Sequence record: MK327936.1
Length of the DNA: 64,000 nt
Origin: Escherichia phage vB_EcoM_G2540
Direction: 5' to 3' (one strand)
In this document: positions 60,282 to 64,000 of the stretch, in pieces
Layout of the letters: the number at the start of each line of letters is the position of its first letter
Numbering within the stretch: position 1 is the stretch's first letter
The notes under the pieces: generated by a model
Seen by the model: the letters and a program-made list of their open reading frames with translations, nothing else
The model's database searches: none
What the model was told of the DNA's origin: nothing
Program-made: the position numbers and the translations under genes

Positions 60282-61741
60282 AAACCAGTTACCTCATGAA
60301 AATCACCAAATACATCCTCGAATGTATTAGCTTTAGTTTTATCTTCACGTAAACGAATCGCAATCGGAAGAAATAATTTAACGTAATCAGTGCGGCCATC
60401 AGATTTTAACCAACCGTTGCATTCGCACTCTAGAATTTTTCCAATATAATAATTTTGATTTTCCATAATGCGAGTACGATCAAGTTCATGCGATTTTACA
60501 CCGGCTTTATCTTTTAAGCCTGAACCAGCATTTACTTTAATTTTTCCACACTCTGATTCAAGAATGAAACCACCTGCTTTAGTAGGGTCTTTACGGTGAG
60601 GATAAATTCCTACAATTTTTAAATCAACATCAATTACTTCTTTAAATTTATAAAGATTTTTTGAACGAGCATTTTCCCATAATCCATCGATATTTTTGAG
60701 AATAATACCTTCAAGACCTTGGTCAATATACTTTTTGTAAATTACCTTAGCTTCATCTAGGTTATTTACTACTTGGTTTTCAATTAAAATTACTTTATCA
60801 TAGCCTGATGTCATTTGTTCTAGTTTAGAAAAACGTACATCATATTTTAAACGAAATGCTGGAAGACCATATATTTCTACTAATGGAACATAATCCCAGA
60901 CCTGAAACTTCATGCATTGTGCTTCTTTTTCAGAAATGGTTCCCTTTAAAGATTTATTGGCGATGCCATTAGATGCAGTACGTGATTCAGCTACTTCGGC
61001 GAATTCTTTAGCTTTACTAATTTCAGGATAAGCATCAAAAAGAAAATCTAGGCCTTCTGGTTCCTTTTCAACTTGCTCATGGTATACCAATTCGCCATCA
61101 ATTAACACACCTTCTGGATGAATCTGGCGGGCTTCAGCAGTCATTTTGATTAACTCTTCCTTAAGAAGATCTAATCCTAGATATTCATTGCCAGCTCGTG
61201 ATAAAAGACGAACATCATCTAATTCATCACCTCTGACTTCGGCAAAGCACCGAGCTCCATCAGCTTTTAACTGGGCAAAGGCTGGAAATTTGATATTCTT
61301 ATTAATGCCTTTTTCATCATAAGAACTTGCAAGCATTTGAGGTTGTTCAGGAATTAAACCTGGCCAAACTTTGTTCGCAATAGATACTGAAGCGCCACAT
61401 TCAAGGTCTCGCATCATCACTCGACGCAAAACTTCAACATCATCTTTTTTACCATCGGTGATGTATCCAATTAATTCCTCAATCGCCGCATTTCCAGTCA
61501 ATTTCCGAGTAGCTAACGTGAATTCAATGAAGTCAAGCATATCGGTAAGAGTCAACATTCCAAAACTCTGGGTAGCAATACCAGGTTTAGGCCATTTCTT
61601 GATATAATACTGTAACCCACGAGAATAAGTCAGACGATATACTCGTTTAAGCAATTCATTATCTTTATTCTTTTCAAGAATTGCTTGCTTCTGCTTAGTT
61701 GAACCAATAGATGCTATTTCGTTCAGAATTTTAAGAATCAT
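60278..61741 (-). CDS. 30: gp30 ATP-dependent DNA ligase
   Basis: 487 aa; adenylation motif KADGAR (motif I), T4 DNA ligase-like sequence throughout. Confidence 0.95.
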   Translation of the reverse strand: MILKILNEIASIGSTKQKQAILEKNKDNELLKRVYRLTYSRGLQYYIKKWPKPGIATQSFGMLTLTDMLDFIEFTLATRKLTGNAAIEELIGYITDGKKDDVEVLRRVMMRDLECGASVSIANKVWPGLIPEQPQMLASSYDEKGINKNIKFPAFAQLKADGARCFAEVRGDELDDVRLLSRAGNEYLGLDLLKEELIKMTAEARQIHPEGVLIDGELVYHEQVEKEPEGLDFLFDAYPEISKAKEFAEVAESRTASNGIANKSLKGTISEKEAQCMKFQVWDYVPLVEIYGLPAFRLKYDVRFSKLEQMTSGYDKVILIENQVVNNLDEAKVIYKKYIDQGLEGIILKNIDGLWENARSKNLYKFKEVIDVDLKIVGIYPHRKDPTKAGGFILESECGKIKVNAGSGLKDKAGVKSHELDRTRIMENQNYYIGKILECECNGWLKSDGRTDYVKLFLPIAIRLREDKTKANTFEDVFGDFHEVTGL

Positions 61742-62007
61742 TGTTCATCCTTTAGAGTTTGGTTTACAGCTCTATTATAAATCAATTCATCATTAAGCTC
61801 AGTCAAAGACCTGTGGTACGTTGTTCTAACTTTATTTCCTTGCATCCAGTGCTTGACGTAAATGAAACCTTGCTCTACACATTTTTTAAAAATTCGTTCG
61901 TCTTTTTGAGCTCGGAATTCTGGATTGCATCTAAAAAATTGATTTACGTGACCGTAATCACGTGTAGTATTACCTTCATTTTCATAAATAGTGTGAACGA
62001 CAAACAT
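61738..62007 (-). CDS. Hypothetical protein (30.1-like)
   Basis: 89 aa ORF. Confidence 0.55.
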   Translation of the reverse strand: MFVVHTIYENEGNTTRDYGHVNQFFRCNPEFRAQKDERIFKKCVEQGFIYVKHWMQGNKVRTTYHRSLTELNDELIYNRAVNQTLKDEQ

Positions 62008-62861
62008 TAGAATGCTCCTTGGAAAATATTATCACCACTACCACTAGTAAGTCTATTAAAATACCCTGCATCGCCAGGCTTAATATAACTCCACGTATGG
62101 AATGGATGCATCTGGTGTGAGTGCGTATAATATGGATGATATGGATTATAAGGATTAAATCCAGGAGTTCTCCAGGTAGTGTTCCAAGGAAAAGAATCGT
62201 TTTTGATCATCTTCTCGATTGCATCTTTTATAGCTTTTTCACTATCAAAACTTTCTTTATTTTCCTTCGGTGAAAAAAGCTTATTCTCTACATCATTCCA
62301 TGTATAAACTCGCTGAGCAGTTTTTGGAATACTGTCACGCTCCCCTCGAGCCATCCAATAAACAGGAACACTTAATATTTCACTCGCATGATCGCAGTGG
62401 TGAGCGAGATCGTCGATATAACAAATTACGTTATATTTCTCTTTTGCCTTTTTGAACAACTCTTCTTTTGAAGAATCATGACCACACATCAATACTTCTG
62501 AGAAGGCACCAGGAAAAAGAGCATTCAAATTAAATTGACGATTCAACAAAGCATCAATAGAATCACCCAATGCTGTAACAGCTACAAAATTATAATCTTC
62601 TTTTAATTTGTTAATTACACACAGGGCATCTTTATATGGAGACAAATAGCGAATAAAATCTGAACGATTATACTTTTCGATTAATTTAACACCGAGTTCT
62701 TCATCGCAATTAAAGAGCTTACCAGGAGAAATAAATTTTTCGTCCTGAATCATTTTTAAAATATGTTCTAATGGAAGATTATATTTTTGGGCAAAATAAG
62801 GAAGACCTGATTGCCAGCTTAAACATACTCCATCAATATCAGTTAAAATAGTAGGCTTCAT
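62007..62861 (-). CDS. HAD-superfamily hydrolase-like protein with aromatic/Pro/His-rich C-terminal tail (30.2-like)
   Basis: 284 aa; N-terminal motif I ILTDIDGV and later YIDD; C-terminal PGFNPYNPYHPYYTHSHQMHPFH low-complexity region. Confidence 0.6.
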   Translation of the reverse strand: MKPTILTDIDGVCLSWQSGLPYFAQKYNLPLEHILKMIQDEKFISPGKLFNCDEELGVKLIEKYNRSDFIRYLSPYKDALCVINKLKEDYNFVAVTALGDSIDALLNRQFNLNALFPGAFSEVLMCGHDSSKEELFKKAKEKYNVICYIDDLAHHCDHASEILSVPVYWMARGERDSIPKTAQRVYTWNDVENKLFSPKENKESFDSEKAIKDAIEKMIKNDSFPWNTTWRTPGFNPYNPYHPYYTHSHQMHPFHTWSYIKPGDAGYFNRLTSGSGDNIFQGAF

Positions 62862-63322
62862 AGAGAGTCTCTTAATAGGTTTAACACATCAATAAATTCA
62901 GCTTCGGTTAGTATTGTATCATCTTTTGTTAGACCACTAGCCATGCTGTGCTTCAAAACTTTTCCTTTCGAGGCTTGTAATGCATCGCGAAAGCCCCTAT
63001 TTTGGATCGCTGCTTCAAAATATGCATTTGTGTATAATTCTTTCCACGCTGGGGAGTATCTTGAAAATGGAACTCCAAGCCAGAAGAGGGTCCCACGGTC
63101 CTGAGCTCTAGCATAAGACCTTCCAGCTTGTTGGGCGGCAAGCCCAGATAACCCAAATATACGACGTTGTTGTTCAACGTTTTTCACCTTGCATCCTTGG
63201 AGGAATCCTTCAAGACCTCCAAATTGAATACCATCCATAACGAAAGGCCAATGGGCGAAATTACTTAATGCGCATGATGGCCACCTAAAATTGCTTCTAA
63301 TCTCTAACTCAGACATTTTCAA
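62858..63322 (-). CDS. YbiA/NADAR (DUF1768)-like protein (30.3-like)
   Basis: 154 aa; signature LSNFAHWPFVMDGIQFGGLEGFLQGCK resembling the YbiA SNFAxWP...DG...E.YFQAxK core. Confidence 0.6.
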   Translation of the reverse strand: MKMSELEIRSNFRWPSCALSNFAHWPFVMDGIQFGGLEGFLQGCKVKNVEQQRRIFGLSGLAAQQAGRSYARAQDRGTLFWLGVPFSRYSPAWKELYTNAYFEAAIQNRGFRDALQASKGKVLKHSMASGLTKDDTILTEAEFIDVLNLLRDSL

Positions 63323-63498
63323 TGCTTATAATTTCAACATCAGCCCAATGACCATAGCAAGGAAGACGAAATTCAACTGGCCATCTAATATAATAGACTC
63401 AACTTGTGGTTCTTCGTGTTCATCAGTATACGGATTTTTATCTGTTACTTTATATGTGACCTTAATGTACTGAATTCCAAAAATCTTATTAATTATAT

Positions 63499-63696
63499 TC
63501 ATACTAATTCCTTTAATCCGTAGATAGGAGATAATTCATCGCCCATATGAAGGTCTTCATTTCCATCTACCCAAGAAACAATATAAGCCTCTTTTACTTG
63601 AACGTCTCCCAATTTAAATGCGGGTAAAACCTTAGAAATTAATCCAGGTATACCAACTCCCTTTAATTCAACAGTTTGACCTAAAAAGAATTTCAT
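63499..63696 (-). CDS. Hypothetical protein
   Basis: 65 aa ORF. Confidence 0.45.
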   Translation of the reverse strand: MKFFLGQTVELKGVGIPGLISKVLPAFKLGDVQVKEAYIVSWVDGNEDLHMGDELSPIYGLKELV

Positions 63697-63983
63697 TAAA
63701 ACCTCATCTGAAAACCGTGCGATTTAACATTACCGCCATTAATATCAGAACTATTAATTTCACGTGCAATTGAGGGATCAATGTCAATTTCGCGATTGAG
63801 TTTAGTGATAGCTAAAGTATCGCGCCCATTTACAGTACGGAACTCTAAAGGGCAGACTACATTAACGTAGTTTTTAATCGATTCACTGGTAGGTTGCAAA
63901 TGTGCAGGAAGGTCTTTAGGCGCCTTTGAGAAAACTACTTCGCAGAAGTTTTTACGGGTATCAAAATAAGTAGTCATAAACAT
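63696..63983 (-). CDS. Hypothetical protein
   Basis: 95 aa ORF with GAGGAA SD upstream. Confidence 0.5.
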   Translation of the reverse strand: MFMTTYFDTRKNFCEVVFSKAPKDLPAHLQPTSESIKNYVNVVCPLEFRTVNGRDTLAITKLNREIDIDPSIAREINSSDINGGNVKSHGFQMRF

Positions 63984-64000
63984 AACATTTCCTCAGTAAG

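Overview
This window reads as a T-even (T4-like) myovirus genome segment, colinear with the phage T4 map from lysozyme gene e (partial, at the window start) to the DNA ligase gene 30 region. Calls rest on reading the ORF-track translations and the DNA directly; no database search was run. The left 8 kb is an accessory early region: nudE, a run of small membrane/unknown ORFs, an internal-protein-like cassette, tRNA-like stable RNA sequence, eight tRNA genes with a GIY-YIG homing endonuclease (segB) between them, and ipI/57B/57A. The centre (about 9-41 kb) is the conserved late morphogenesis block: genes 1, 3, 2, 4, 53, 5, 5.1, 5.4, 6-12, wac, 13-24 with 67/68, using TATAAATA late promoters and GC-stem terminators. 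The right part carries rnlB, hoc, inh, uvsW, uvsY, baseplate hub genes 25-29, 48, 54, two tandem Alt-like ADP-ribosyltransferase genes, gene 30 and downstream small genes. Most notable observations: (1) a perfect 55-bp tandem duplication that frameshifts baseplate gene 11; (2) a CTS-bearing internal-protein-like gene bracketed by identical 30-bp terminator copies; (3) two adjacent alt paralogs with a YbiA/NADAR-like and a HAD-like ORF nearby; (4) hoc with four Ig-like modules. No CRISPR array, integrase or transposon was seen.
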